In this document: piece after piece, positions 1-15,836 of the stretch
Position numbering within the stretch: the first letter of the stretch is position 1
How the letters are laid out: each line of letters opens with the position of its first letter
NCBI RefSeq assembly: GCF_009914755.1
Contig: NC_060934.1
Origin: the human T2T-CHM13v2.0 reference genome, Homo sapiens
Length of the DNA: 64,000 bases
Direction: 5' to 3' (one strand)
Position numbers and translations under genes: made by a program
Notes under the pieces: model-generated
The model's input: the letters and a program-made list of their open reading frames with translations, nothing else
What the model was told of the DNA's origin: nothing
The model's database searches: none

Positions 1-294
1 TATTTTTTAGAGACAGGGTCTTGCTCTGTCACCCAGGCTGAGTGCAGTGGTATGACCATAACTCACTGCAGCCTTGAACTCCTGGGGACACGTGATCCTC
101 CCACTTCAGCCTCCTGAGTAGCTGAGACTATGGGCATGCACCACCATATCCAGCTAGTTTTTAATTTTTTTTTTTTTTTAGAGATGGGGTCTTGCTATGT
201 TGCCCAGGCTGGTCTTGAATTCCTGGGCTCGAGCAATCCTCCTGCCTTGGCCTCCTAAAGTGCTGGAATTACAGGCATGAGCCACCACGCCCGG
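1..294 (-). mobile_element. Alu (AluJ-like)
   Basis: Dimeric Alu, antisense. Confidence 0.9.
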
Positions 295-747
295 TCAGTT
301 TCTGGTGTAGAAATGTCAAGGTGAAGTTGCCTTTGGGGTATTTTGGAGGAGATGCTGAGTAGGAAGTTGGACTGCTGGATCCGAGCACAGAGAGGAGTTT
401 GGCTGGAGACAGATTGTGGAATCATCACACAGAGCCGCTTTCGAGTCCTTGGGTGTGGCTGCCCAGTCTCCCTCTGCTTCAGACAACCCCACACCTCCTT
501 GGTGACCCTAAGGGACAGGGAAAGCAGGTGGCATCAGGAAGGATAGCAGGATCCCTACGATCACTCCCAGGGGGGTGAATTCTTTTGTTTTCCAGCTGAA
601 GAAGCAGATCTTACAGCAAAACTGCCCTGATTTATTTACCCTGTGTGGTGACCAGGTCAGTGGGACAAACAGCAGATCTATGGTGTTCCTGAGGTTCTCA
701 AATATCTGTGCTGACATGTTTCTTTTCTGTTTCTTTTCTTTTCTTCT

Positions 748-1048
748 CCCTTTTTTTTTTTTTTTTGAGACACAGTCTTGCTCTGTTGCCCAGGCAGAAG
801 TGCAGTGGTGCAATCTTGGCTCACTACAACATCTGCCTCCCAAGTTCAAGTGATTCTCCTGCCTCAGCCTCCTGAGTCGCTGGGATTACAGGCGTCCACC
901 ACCATGCCCAGCTAATTTTTGTATTTTTAGCAGAGATGTGGTTTCTCCATGTTGGCCAGGCTAGTCTGGAACTTCGGACCTCAAGTGATCCTCCTGCCTC
1001 AGCCTCCCAAAGTGCTGGGATGACAGGTGTGAGCCACCACGCCCAGCC
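748..1048 (-). mobile_element. Alu (AluS-like)
   Basis: Dimeric Alu, antisense, with a T-run tail. Confidence 0.92.
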
Positions 1049-1343
1049 TGTGCAGACATATTTCTGTTAAACTCCAAGCTCTTGTCCTGTGTTTCCTCTC
1101 CTGATACCACCCAGGTTTCCACCTACAACCTCTGAGGGATGGACCGTCTGGATCTGCCCCAGGTGAGCCTACAGAGCTGCCTCCTTCTCTGACCAAATTA
1201 GCCTTTCCCTGGACCCCCGTGTCCCTCCCTTGTATTTCTATGTCATTCCGAGAGGGGAACATTCTGGTGTCCTACACTATCTTATTTGATGGAAAGAGCA
1301 GAGTTACTTATTTACTTAACGCTATTTTTGTAAGCATGAATGA

Positions 1344-2027
<684 letters not shown>

Positions 2028-2302
2028 TGACTTCCTGTTTACCTTACTGTATTTCTCGCTGCATTCTAACATGAAATGAGGACCTACCATGTACCAGGCA
2101 GCGTTTTGTGCCTTGTCTGGACTTTCTAATTTAACCCATCATCACACCCCTTTGAGACAGGCACAGTTTTATAGTGGGACTCCATGTACAGTTGAGGAAA
2201 CTGTGAATAGGGGATGTTCTGCAAAGTCCAAGTTCCCACTGTAGCCTCCATATATGGTGTAGTGTCAGGACCGGATAGGTGTTCAATCAACAATTTTTTG
2301 AG

Positions 2303-2625
2303 TTTATTTTATTTTACTTTATGTATTTATTTTTAGAGACAGGGTCTCACTCTGTTACTCAGGGTGGAGTGCAGTGGCATGATCTTGGCTCACTGCAGCC
2401 ACAACCTCCCAGACTCAGGTGATCCTCCCACCTCAGCCTTCTGAGTAACTAGGACTAAAGGTGCATGCCACCATGCCCAGCTAATTTTTAAAAACTTTTA
2501 AATTTTTGTACAGACAGAGTCTTGCTATGTTGCCCAGGCTGGTCTCGAACGCCTGGCCTCAAGTGAGCCTCCTGTCTGGCCTCTCAAAGTGTTGACATTA
2601 AAGGAGTGAGCCGTCATGCCCAGCC
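2303..2625 (-). mobile_element. Alu (AluJ-like)
   Basis: Dimeric Alu, antisense. Confidence 0.9.
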
Positions 2626-3173
2626 TGAATTAGTTTTGATATAAGAGAAATGCAAAGCCCATGAGGCAGAGGCAGCACACAGGGAAGGTTTGTAGGCAGA
2701 AGGTAAAGAGGGAAGCAATAACAGAATAGTTGCGAGAGTTGACAGAGGATCCAACAGAGAACACAGGTCACGGGATTGGCTTTGAGGAGAAGGGAGAAGA
2801 CTCCTTCAGAGGAAAGGGGCAAAGATGGGAGCAAACGAGGCTGTTCATTGCAGGATGAGGGGTTTCTAGAGGCCAGTGTGGTAGGGGAGAGGGTTGAGGC
2901 ACCAAGAATAGCAGCTTTGGGAAGAGTCAAGTTAGCTATTGCAATAGCTGCTGTAAGGACTGGGGAAGGAAGCTGACCAGGAACACACAAAAAATCACCT
3001 GGTATCCCATGGCTGGAGGAGGAGGGTGTTCATTGAGTGCCTACTGCATACTGAGAGCACAGGTCCAGGCATTCAATCCTCTCAGTAGCCCCATGAGCTC
3101 TATTTTACAGATGAGGAAACTGAGCCTCACTGGTAATTTTCTCAGGGCCACACACAGGAGGAAACTGGAGTCA

Positions 3174-3554
<381 letters not shown>

Positions 3555-3867
3555 CTACCGCCCCTTGCAAGCTTTTGGCTTATAACGGGAGAAAAGCCCT
3601 TCCCACACCTTAATCAACCCTTGGCTTGCTCAAGGCTTTTTCATCACTTTTTTTCTGGTCCAAGAACAGAGAGAGGATGCTTATGGATTACCTTTGCCAA
3701 CTTCTGATTTTGTAATCATAAGAGGATTCGCAAGCTGAGAATGCATCCAGTGCTTCTCTCTTCCTATCAAGTGTGTAGAAGTTTGCATGCACTTGGTCCC
3801 TTTATCGGATTCCCAGCATGCACAGAATCTGCTCTGGGCATGAGTAAATTAAACCTTGTTAATTACA

Positions 3868-4272
3868 TGTATTAGTCCATTTGTGTTACTATAAGGGAAC
3901 ACTTGAAACTGGGTAGTTTATAAGGAAAAAAGGTTTATTTGGCTCATGGTTCTACAAGCTGTATAGGAAGCATGGTGCCAGCATTTGCTTTTGGGAAAGC
4001 CTCAGGAGGCTTCCACTCATGGCAGAAGATGAAAGGGAAGCAGGTGCATCAAAGGGCAAGAGAGAGAGCAAGAGATGCCAGGGTTCTTTAAACAACCAGC
4101 TCTAGCATGAACGAACAGAGTGAGAACTCACTCACTACCATGGAAGGGCACCAAGGCATTCAAGAGGGATCCACCCCCATGACCTAAACACCTCCCACCA
4201 GGCCCCACCTCCAACACTGGGGACCCCATTTCAACATGAGTTTTGGAAGGGACAAACTTCCAAACTATATCA
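3868..4272 (-). mobile_element. MaLR solo LTR (MST family)
   Basis: tgtattagtccattt ... ccaaactatatca, with TG..CA ends. Confidence 0.88.
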
Positions 4273-4382
4273 TTGTCTTTTTATAGAACTTAAATACCAA
4301 AAGTGATGTAAAACCTCCCCTAGCAAGCCATTAAGACAGAGGTGTGAAATGTTATGTCTGTAACTCTTGGAATTTTTTTCTA

Positions 4383-4787
<405 letters not shown>

Positions 4788-5446
4788 TTACCATCCAAAT
4801 GCCTTGGGAAGAAGGCCGGCAGAAGGCCTCCCTGTGTCAGCTCATTACCCACTGTTGAGCATGACAGCTTAGAGAAATGATGAGAAAAGGAGGGGGAATA
4901 TGAAATGAGGGCCTGTGTGGACTTCACGGGGTTGGAGGGGAGAAAGAGTTGGCACCAAAGAGGCAAGAGGAAGAAAAGGAGAACAGACTGGAGTCACAAA
5001 GACCAAGTTTGTGTAAGAGACAGCGAGAGACAAAGAAGGGAGCCCAGGCAGGGAACAGCGGGACAGGCGGCTCCTGTGCTTGAGGAGATCAAGGACCAGA
5101 GGTTCAGGACAGTGCGTTTGGAGTTGCAGAGAGGCTGGGGGAGCAGCACGCTGGCTAGGGTGCAGGATGGAGCCTGGTGGCTTTGAACACTTGGGGGAAT
5201 GGTGGTTTGCCTTGTGAGTGTATGATCAGAGGGGACTAAAGGGCCCAAGTCAGGACTAACTGACATGTCAGCAACTTCATACCTCCAATGGGGCCATCAG
5301 AGGTGCAGCAGACTCCTTTGGGTCAGGCCAAGGTCAAGGAGTTATGCAGCTTCCTCAGTGGTAGGATGAATGGGGTGTTGAAAAACTTCCCTGGGCAGGT
5401 GGACTCTGCCAATACCCTGGATGTGTTTCTGACACCAACACTTCTT

Positions 5447-6324
5447 TCTTTCTTTCTAACTTTTATTTTAGGTTTGGGGATACAAGTGCAGATTTGTTAC
5501 ACAGGTAAATTGCCTGTTGTAGGGGTTTGATATACAGATAATTTTGCAATTCAGGTAATCAACATAATACCCAAAAGGTAGTTTTCCAATCCTAACCTTC
5601 CTCCTACCCTCCATCCTCAAGTAGGCCCTGGCATCTGTTGTTTCTCTCTTTGTGTCCATGTGGACTCAATGTTTAGCTTCCATTTATAAGTAAGAACATG
5701 TGGAATATGGCTTTCTGTTGATGTATTAATTTGCTTAGGTTAACGGTCTCCAGCTCTATCCATGTTGCTGCAAAGGACATGATTTCTTTCTTTTTGATGG
5801 CTGCTTAGTATTCCATGGTGTATATGCATTACATTTTCTTTATCTAATCCCCTGTTGATGGGCATCTGGGTTAATTCCATATCTTTGCTATTGTGAAGAG
5901 TGCTGCAATGAACATGCGTGTGTCCGTATCTTTATGGTAGGATGACTTTTTTCCTCTGGGTATATACCCATTCATGAGATTGCTGTGTCGAATGGTATTT
6001 CTATGTTAAGTTCTCTGAGAAATCTCCACACTGCTTTCCACAGTGGCTGAACTAATTTACCTTCCCACCAGCAGTGTAGAAGCATTCTGTCTTCTCTGCA
6101 ACCTCACCAGCATCTATTGTTTTTTGACTTTTTAGTAATAGTGATTCAGACTGGTGTGAGATAGTATCTCACTGTGGCTTTGATTTACATTTCCCTAATG
6201 ATTAGTGATGTTGAGCATTTTTTCATATGCTTGTTGGTTGCATGTATGTCTTCTTTTGAGAAATGTCTGTTCATGTCATTTATCCACTTTTTAATGGAAT
6301 TTTTTTTTTGCTTGTTGATTTGTC
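5447..6324 (-). mobile_element. Truncated older primate L1 3' end (L1PA13-16/L1PB-like)
   Basis: Reverse-strand L1 3' UTR and ORF2 end (cttttgagaaatgtctgttcatgtc, ccaccagcagtgtagaagc). Confidence 0.85.
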
Positions 6325-6344
6325 TAACACCAATATTGCTTTGC

Positions 6345-6638
6345 TTCTTTTTTTTTTTTTAATAATTTTTTTAAGACTGAGTCTCACTCTGTTGCTGAGG
6401 CTGGAGCACAGTGGCACGATCTTGGCTCACTGAAACCTCTGCCTCTCAGATTCAAATAATTCTCCTGCCTCAGCCTCCTGAGTAGCTGGGATTACAGGTG
6501 CATGCCACCACACCTGGACAATTTTTGTATTTTTAGTAGAGACGGGGTTTCACCATGTTGGCCAGGCTGGTCTCGAACTCCTGACCTCAGATGATCCACC
6601 TGCCTTGGGATTACAGGCATGAGCCACTGTGCCCAGCC
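6345..6638 (-). mobile_element. Alu (AluS-like) with a small left-arm deletion
   Basis: Antisense Alu; cctgccttgggattacagg lacks the cctcccaaagtgct segment. Confidence 0.9.
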
Positions 6639-7730
6639 TAACACCAACCTTTCTTAATCAATTTTTACTTATTAGGCAGTGTTTGGACATAAATCATACT
6701 CTCTATATTATATTTTTTATACCTCACAGAAAGCCTGGTATGGACAGGATGTGTATTTTGTTTTCCTTTTCTTGGAGTCTTGATGGGATGGGTTAGCAAG
6801 AGATGAATAACACATTTCACAGTAAATAAAGGATACAGAATGGCACTCAGGACTGGAGAGAGAAATATGGAAGTCACCTAAGAGAAGGTCACAGAAAGAG
6901 GGCGGGGGTTTACTCCAGAGACATGCTTCACCTGCTTCTCAAATTGGTTCCCAGCCCAAGTTCAGTAGGCTGTCTCCAATAGTAGATTTAGAAACAATTA
7001 TAGCAGATTTGGAGGCAAAGTTTAGACCTGGAAATCCCATGAAATAAAGAGTGGAATGGCATCCAATTGTTTTGATAAAGTCTTGATTGTGCTCGGGAAA
7101 TAACACCGCTGATAACCCAAATGGAATTAACACCTTTTGTCATTAACTTGACACTTCTCGCACAAGCTAATGAACAGCTTATAGTAAGCTCAACTGGTAA
7201 CTTTAGGGGCCTAGAAAACTGGGTTATTGACTCACTTCGGACCCACCCTTCCTTTATTGAATTTGGAAACATCTGTGTGAGTCTTGCACTAATCCTTCTT
7301 GAGTTGGCGCAACACGATGGTGTTGGAAAGTTTCACGGAATTCGCCACATTCATCCTTTAATTAGACTAAACTTGGATTTAAAAGCTTCTGTGTGATTTG
7401 AAAAAATCCAATCTTTGGTCTCAGACTGCTAAATCCTTTGGGAATTTTGAAGTGCAAATACACAATCATAAGACAGTGTAAGGTTCTGTTAATCTTAAGA
7501 ATATGTGAGTCATTTTAAACCTAGAGTATTTCAGATTTAGTCATTTCCTTCATATGAAATCCAACTTTCCAGCATAAAAATTATAAAGCATAGATACAGT
7601 TTCCCAGCATGTAGAATTACAAGCCTAAAATATGAAAACTGTGTGTGGATGAAATATTGCTAATGTGGCTGCAGCATTTTGTTGAGATTTTGATTTTAAA
7701 AATATTTTTTACTTCATCTGAACTTTTCTT

Positions 7731-8022
7731 TTTTTTTGAGACAAAGTCTTGCTCTTTGACCCAGGCTGGAGTGCAGTGGTGTGATTACAGCTCACTGCAG
7801 CCTTGATCTCCAGGGCTCAAGCAATCCTTCCACCTCAGCCTCCTGAGTAGCTGGGACCAGAGGCACACACCACCACACCCAGCTAATTTTTAAATTTTGT
7901 TTTGTAGAGGTGGGGTCTCCCTTTGTTGCCCAGGCTGGTCTCAAACTCCTGGGCTCAAGAAATCCTCCTGCCTTGGCCTCCCTAAGTGTTGGGATTACAG
8001 GCGTGAGCCACCGTGCCTGGCT
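7731..8022 (-). mobile_element. Alu (AluJ-like)
   Basis: TSD tctgaacttttctt at 7717-7730 and 8025-8038. Confidence 0.92.
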
Positions 8023-8434
8023 GGTCTGAACTTTTCTTCTCATAATCTTTCTTCTCTATTCTTTCTTGCTTCTCTTTTCTCACTGTTCAGTTTTACATAT
8101 GTTCATTTTCTCCATGGATCAGTTAGTTTCACACAAAGAAAGTTTCTACAGCTGAGTAGGGTCCTCCTAAAGTTCCCCCACCCCCACATTATGGTAGTCA
8201 ATGGAGACACTGAAAGTAATTCCCAGTTCTTTGGGCAAAGTAGTTTGCTCAACAAATATGTATTGAATGGATGAGTTTTTTGAACGGCACAAATTTAAAG
8301 GCAGTACAAATTTTATTTTTTGAGTAGGTTAAAGCACTTATATTTAACCATTCTCACTACTTTGGAAGTCACAGACATCTTATTGAACAGTATAACATCT
8401 TGAATTGCCTTCTTTTTTTGTAATTAGAGATTTA

Positions 8435-8737
8435 TCTGTTTATTTTTGAGACAGGCTGTCCCCCAGGCTGGAGTGTAGTCTGGTGTGATCTCGGCTCACT
8501 GTAGTCTTGACCTTCCAGACTTAGGTGATCCTCCCACCTCACCTTCCCAAGTAGTTGGGACTACAGGCATGCACCATGACAACCAACTAATTTGTGTTTT
8601 TTTGTTTTTTTTTTTTTTTAGAGATGGGGTTTCGCCACATTGTCCAGGCTGGTTTCAAACTCCTGGGCTCAAGTGATCCGCCTGCCTCAGCCTCCCAAAT
8701 TCCTGGGATTATAGGTTTGGGCCATCATGCTTGGCCT
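8435..8737 (-). mobile_element. Alu (AluJ-like)
   Basis: Antisense dimer. Confidence 0.88.
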
Positions 8738-9026
8738 GTAACTAGAAGTTTAAAATGTACTATTTTTATTTCAATAGTGTCATTTGTTTCTTAGAAGACT
8801 CATGTGAGAAGGGCAGACCAATAATTAGTAGCCTCATTTCATAGATGAAGAAAAACAGGTTCAGAAAAGTTAACAAGATTTCAGGCTCATAAAACACAAG
8901 GGCAAGAGTGCAGCAGTTTGACCTTCATTAGTTCTTTTTATATTTTACTTTACTACCTTCAGTAGAAAGCAGAGGTAACTATGGCAGAGAGAGGGGGGAC
9001 ATGTGACTGTATTAGAGTGGAGAACT

Positions 9027-9450
9027 GTGGAAATCATTATTGCCATTTAACAAATACTTCCAGTTTTTCTTTTTCTGGGCAAGTCGTAGGATTAGTTTCC
9101 TGCACCATTTGGGGTGCTATATGCCTATACGACTTCCTTTGTCAATGACATATGTAGGTCTTTGGCCAATGACACATGTAGGTATGACATGTGCCTTTTC
9201 CAGGCAGATGCTTTAAGGTTCAGTGCATGAATTGATACATTCCTTCCCCACTGATGCAAGGATTCTGGAAACACATGCCAAGATTAACTTTAGTCAAACC
9301 GGATCTTTGAATGCCCAGGGTGAAGAGAATCTCTTCACTGATATGCACGGGACATATGTAAAGTCATAAATTATTTTTTGTTGTGTTCAGCCTCTGAGAT
9401 TTTGTAGTTGTTGTTTTTGCAGCAAAACCTAACTTATTCTGATTGATATA
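9027..9450 (+). mobile_element. MLT1-family LTR
   Basis: The 3' end cagcctctgagattttgtagttgttgtttttgcagc...ctgattgatata resembles the MLT1 terminus. Confidence 0.6.
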
Positions 9451-9544
9451 GAAATTAAGGAGCATAAATGGGTAAAGAATGCATGGATCAATGGGTGGAT
9501 GGATGGTTAGATGAATGAATGAATGGACCAACATAATAATTAGC

Positions 9545-10790
<1,246 letters not shown>

Positions 10791-11696
10791 GATAAAACAA
10801 ACTCTTTATTGATGGCACCTGGCACTTACTCATCCAGGCAGGCACTGTTCTTTGCATTTTATCTGTACCGGAAGTTAATCCTTACAACAACCCTATAAAA
10901 TAGATACCGTTCTTATTCCCATTTTACAAAGGAGGAAACTGAGGGAAACAGAGGCTGAGTAACTTGCCAAAGATCATTCACTAAAGGAGCCAGGCAGTGG
11001 GGTTGAGTCTGCTCTCTTAATCCCTCATTGTTACTGGCTTTCTGTAACTTCCTGGAGATTTTCTAAGTTAATTAAGTTAATATGGTGTTCATTAAGAGAT
11101 ATTTTCCAGAATGATTAAGTTATTAGCTTCTTTTTGGCTCACACTGAGTATGGCCAAGAGGCGTTTTTTGATGATATTGTGCAAAGTTTGCATCCCTGTT
11201 GTGGGTTTAACAACCTAGGACCCTCTGTTTGGGCTTTTTCTTACAGAATAATGATGAATGTAGCAGTGAAGCTCTAACATCATATACATCAGCCAGAGTC
11301 AGGAAAACCTCCGCACTTACTTGGGAAAGTGGATTTCACTTTCTGGGGCTTTGGTTAAGGACTCTTAACTTCTTGTATGATACCCAGAGACAGAGCAGAT
11401 TTCTGCACCAAATGAATGCTATCTTATAATTCTACAACTTTAACAATGTGCCAGCATGAGGTAAGGTACTATCAGGTTCCTTTTAAAGAGGTGAGGTGAA
11501 GACACATGTATTGACACGCATTCAGGATTCCCCTGACCCACTGTTGGCTTGACCCTTGCTTCCTGGGCTACAATACGACCCTGCACCCAGTCTTAGAAAG
11601 TCAGGCCTGTCTTTGGTCTCTGCAGACTGACTGAGGTTTCATTTCCAGCTGAGTTGGTCTCAATACATAAACATCTACTGAACAAGAAGAGAATAT

Positions 11697-12195
11697 TTTA
11701 TTTTATTTTATTTTTTAAATTCAGGGAATACATGTGCCAGTTTGTTACATGGATATATTGTGCAATACTGAGGTTTAAGCTTCTATTGAACCTGTTACCC
11801 AAATAGTGAACATAATTCCCAATAGAAAGTTTTTCATCTTGCCCTCTTTTTTCCCTCCCACTTTTGGAGTCCCCAGTGTCTATAATTCCTGTTTTTATGT
11901 CCATATGTAGCCAATGTGTAGTTCCCCCTTAGAAGTGAGAACATGTGGTATTTGGTTTTCTGTTCCTGTGTTATTTCACTTAGGATAATGGCCTCTAGCT
12001 GCAACCATGTTGCTGCAATGGACATGATTTCATTCTTCTTTTTGTGGCTGCATAGTACTCCACAATGTATAGCGTACCACATTTTTAAAATCCAATCCAC
12101 TGTTGATGGGCACCTAGGTTGATTCTATGTCTTTGCTATTGTGAATAATGCTGCAATAAGCATATGAGTGCAGGTGTCTTTTTGGTAGGAAGATA
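11697..12195 (-). mobile_element. L1MA-like 3' end
   Basis: Contains gtgagaacatgtggtatttggttttctgttcctg and similar L1 3' motifs, with a T-rich tail at the left. Confidence 0.85.
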
Positions 12196-12623
12196 ATATT
12201 TGAATATCTTTACTAACTAACACATCCACCTTATTGATTCCTCCTAACTTCACAGGTTGGGTTTAATTTCTAGTTTAATAGAATTATACCCTATGTGCAC
12301 AATTCTTTGTTATTTCCTTATAGGTGAAAAAACAGTTATCAAAAACTGTGTACTGAGAAGTTCTTTCTTGGGGCCAGGTGAGGGCACTCCTGTCATCTCC
12401 CAAATACCTCTCAGGGTGACAAAAAGAAAAAAATAACTGCTTTTGTTTAGTCAAGTTAGATGACAATAGCTAGTTTGCTTAGCTAATTTCTATTTCTATA
12501 TATCTATATAGATCTATATGTCTACAGATCTACAGATTTATATATCTATAAATACATCTACATATCCAGATCTGTATCTGCATATATTTCACTTTGGATG
12601 ATAATACCACATTCAGTTACATT

Positions 12624-12813
12624 CACTGGTTTTCAACTCTGGCGGCACATGGGAATTGCCTGGGGAAGTTTTAGAAAACTTTGAATTCTCAGCTGGCACC
12701 CCCCAAAATTCTGATTCTGTTGGTTTGGGGTGCAACATGGGCATTGGTAATGATAAAAAAAAAACAAAAACATACCCCAAGTGCTTTTAACATGTAAGCA
12801 TGGTAAGAACTAC
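12624..12813. mobile_element. MER5-like hAT-Charlie MITE
   Basis: cactggttttcaactctggcggcacat ... gattctgttggtttggggtg ... gtaagaactactg, with degenerate TIRs. Confidence 0.7.
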
Positions 12814-13405
12814 TGCTGGAGTGCTAGTTAATTAAAAATGGGCTTGTTAGGGGTGAAAATATTAGAAATTGGTTTTCTAATTTAAATCAGTGTATGATTC
12901 ACCTGCATGATAAACATGGTGCTATAAAAGCATGCGTTTGTCCCCTGTGAAGAATGGCTGTGCCCCAGATTCGGAAAGCTATCCAACTTGGGTTGTTTCA
13001 CTAACATTGATCCTAACTTTGCCTTTTGTCCTGGGGCAATTCCTTCCTTCCACCTTTCTCTGGCTACTGGCTGACCTTTTCAGCTGCCACCCATGCTCTT
13101 GGCCCCCTCCCGGGCACAGCCTGCAGCATGAGTCTGCTGGGCCAGTCAAGCTCTTCCTCAGGTTGCTCTGTCATTGCAGAGATTTCTGGGACGCTCTCTT
13201 GGGTTCCCTAAGCCCTTTTCTCTCCCTGATCCCTGCACTGGCCTTCACGGCACAGTGGTTCTGCTGTTTCTCCTTCTGCCTGGCCAAGGCCAGGCTCTCC
13301 CTGAAAGGCCCTCAGGCCTCTGCCAGCCAGGGCCAACACGTTCCACATTTGGCCCCTCTCCCCATGTGAACTCAATCAGTAACAGAAGCCCATCTGACTA
13401 ATAGA

Positions 13406-13770
13406 GGATTAGTCCTCTCTCACACTGCTATAAAGATACTCCCTGAGACAGGGTCATTGACAAAGGAAAGAGGAGTAATTGGCTCACAGCTCCGCGTGGC
13501 TGGGGAAGCCTCAGGAAACTTACAATCATGGTGGAAGGTGAAGGGGAAGCAGACACATCTTACACAGTCACAGGAGAGCGAAAGAGAGAAAGAGGGAAGT
13601 GCCAGACACTTACCAAACAAGACCACTTGAAAACTCACTCACTATCGGAACATCAAGGGGGGGAATCCGTCCCCATAATCCAGTCACCCCCCACTAGGTT
13701 CCTCCCTTGACATGTGGGGATTACAATTCAAAACGAGATTAGGGTGGGGACACAGAACCAAACCATATTA
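13406..13770 (-). mobile_element. MaLR solo LTR (MSTA/THE1-like)
   Basis: ttagtcc..cacactgctataaagata...gcctcaggaaacttacaatcatgg...ccaaaccata. Confidence 0.88.
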
Positions 13771-14047
13771 CTCCCAGTCACTGTGCCTTCTCACTAAGCT
13801 AGAACACAGACTCTTAAATGTGGAATTTATTGGAACACTGTGGCTGTAGAAGGCAAAAGGCAGGTGAGCTGGCCTAAGTTGGCCAGGATCCCAAGAGGCA
13901 AGCCTTTCCACAGTGCTCCTCTTGTCTCTGAAGGATGGGCGTTCACATTTCCTGTGTAGGCCACCACCAAACTGTGAGAGAACTCTGCTATGATTCTGTA
14001 ACCAGGTAAACACAGCCCTGGTAAGTTGCTGTATCAGCTATGAATGC

Positions 14048-14336
14048 ATTTTTTTTTTTTTTTTGAGATAGACTCTTTCTCTATTGCTCATGCTGGAGTG
14101 CAGTAGCAGATTCATAGCTTACTGCAGGCTTGAACTCTTGGACTCAAGCGATCCTTCTGTCTCAGTCTCCCAAGGGACTACAGGCATGCATTACCACACC
14201 TGGCTTTTTATTTTTTTATAGCGATGGAGTCTCATTATATTACCCAAGCTGGTCTAGAACTCCTGGCCTCTAGTGATCCTCCTATCTCGGCCTCCCAAAG
14301 TGTTGGGATTACAGATGTGAGCCACCACACCCAGCC
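14048..14336 (-). mobile_element. Alu (AluJ-like)
   Basis: Antisense; flanked by tgaatgca. Confidence 0.88.
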
Positions 14337-14804
14337 TGAATGCACCTTGTGGTGGCCTCAGAGGTCTACACAGAAGAGTGGGACTGCTGGAAAAGATCTA
14401 CAGAGACAGGAATGACAAGTAGGCTTAGTGGCTTCTAGGCCCAGCTGTGCTCCTGACTGTGTGATGTTCAGTAAGCACAGTTGTTTTGGGCTTGTTTTCT
14501 AACCAGTGAAATGTGGGATGGTGTGCTAGAACTTCCTACCCTTCGGTGTGCCTGTGAAACTTGGGGATCTTGTTAAAATGCAGTTTCTGATTCAGTAAGA
14601 GAGATCTGAGATTCCACATTTCCCTAATGCCACAGGTTCTTGCCCCTGCTCCTTGTTCATGGGCAGCAAGATTCTTGCCCCTGAGGCCTCTGAACTCTGT
14701 AAGTCCTCCAAGATCTTATGTGGTCCTTGGTCACAGTCTCCTCCTTCCCTCCTATCCCCACTAGACATTCCAGTCCTCAGAAACCTCATTTCTCTGCTCA
14801 TCCC

Positions 14805-15093
14805 TTTTTTTTTTTGGCAAAGTCTTGCTCTGTCATCCAGGCTGGAGTGCAGTGGTGTGATCTCAGCTCACTGTAGCCTCCGCCTCCTGGATCAAGCGAT
14901 TCACCTGCCTCAGCCTCCTGAGTAGCTGGGATTACAGGTGCCAGCCACCACATCCAGCTAATTTTTGTATTTTTAGTAGAGACAGAGTTTCACCATGTTG
15001 GCCATGCTGGTCTCAAACTCCTGACCTCAGGTGATCCGCCTGCCTCGTCCTCCCAAAGTGGTGGGACTACAGGCGTGAGCCACCGGTCCTGGT
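14805..15093 (-). mobile_element. Alu (AluS-like)
   Basis: Antisense; flanked by ctgctcatcc. Confidence 0.9.
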
Positions 15094-15836
15094 CCTGCTC
15101 ATCCTTCTTTAAGATCCTGTTCTTCCTACATCTCAGTGCTGTGTCATCTTCCTTCCCGAGGGCTCCAGCATTCCAACGCAGATGCTCACCGACCTTGTTT
15201 TCCAGCGAAGTTTCTACTCCTTGGTGTGTTTCCATGAACACCTGGCTAGGTAAAACGAGATGGCCTGCGTCTTGCTCACCCTAACAGCACTCACGTGCAG
15301 TACTGACGGACATCCCCTGGACTCAGAGTTGACCTCTACATGAGAAATTGTAAAGCGGCACATTTAATTAAGCAAGCCAACCACATCCCACCTCAAAATA
15401 CTCTTTATTATTCATCCTTTCTTCCATGAAAGCTTTGATATGGTGGATCTTTGGTGAGCATCCCATTCTTTAAATAAAAGTAACTCAGAAGCTAATTTAA
15501 AGAAGATATGCTCTTGGAATTTAACGCAGCTCTTGGAATTTAACGCAGCTTAATTACATTTTTAGCATAATGGTCATATGGAGGACTTAATGCAATTGAA
15601 GTTAATAAAAGTATTATCACTGTGCGGGAATGTCTTGCGGGTCCTTAAACTTCAGTGTGCACTGATGCAATTTTGGAGCGCTTCAGAGAAAGGATTCAGA
15701 ATTATGAATACAAAATGTTTGCAGGTCCTCTGGGCGGAGGCTGTGCCTGTGCCTAGGCTAGCTCTCCATGTGCTATTTTTGAATGAATGAATTGAATGAA
15801 GGAACCTCCCTAACTTCCTGGTTCTGGGACCCTGTA

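Noticed and set aside
12490-12590. TATA/GATC-rich quasi-palindromic patch
   Set aside because: Degenerate (TCTA/TA)n low-complexity sequence; its self-complementarity is trivial for that composition.
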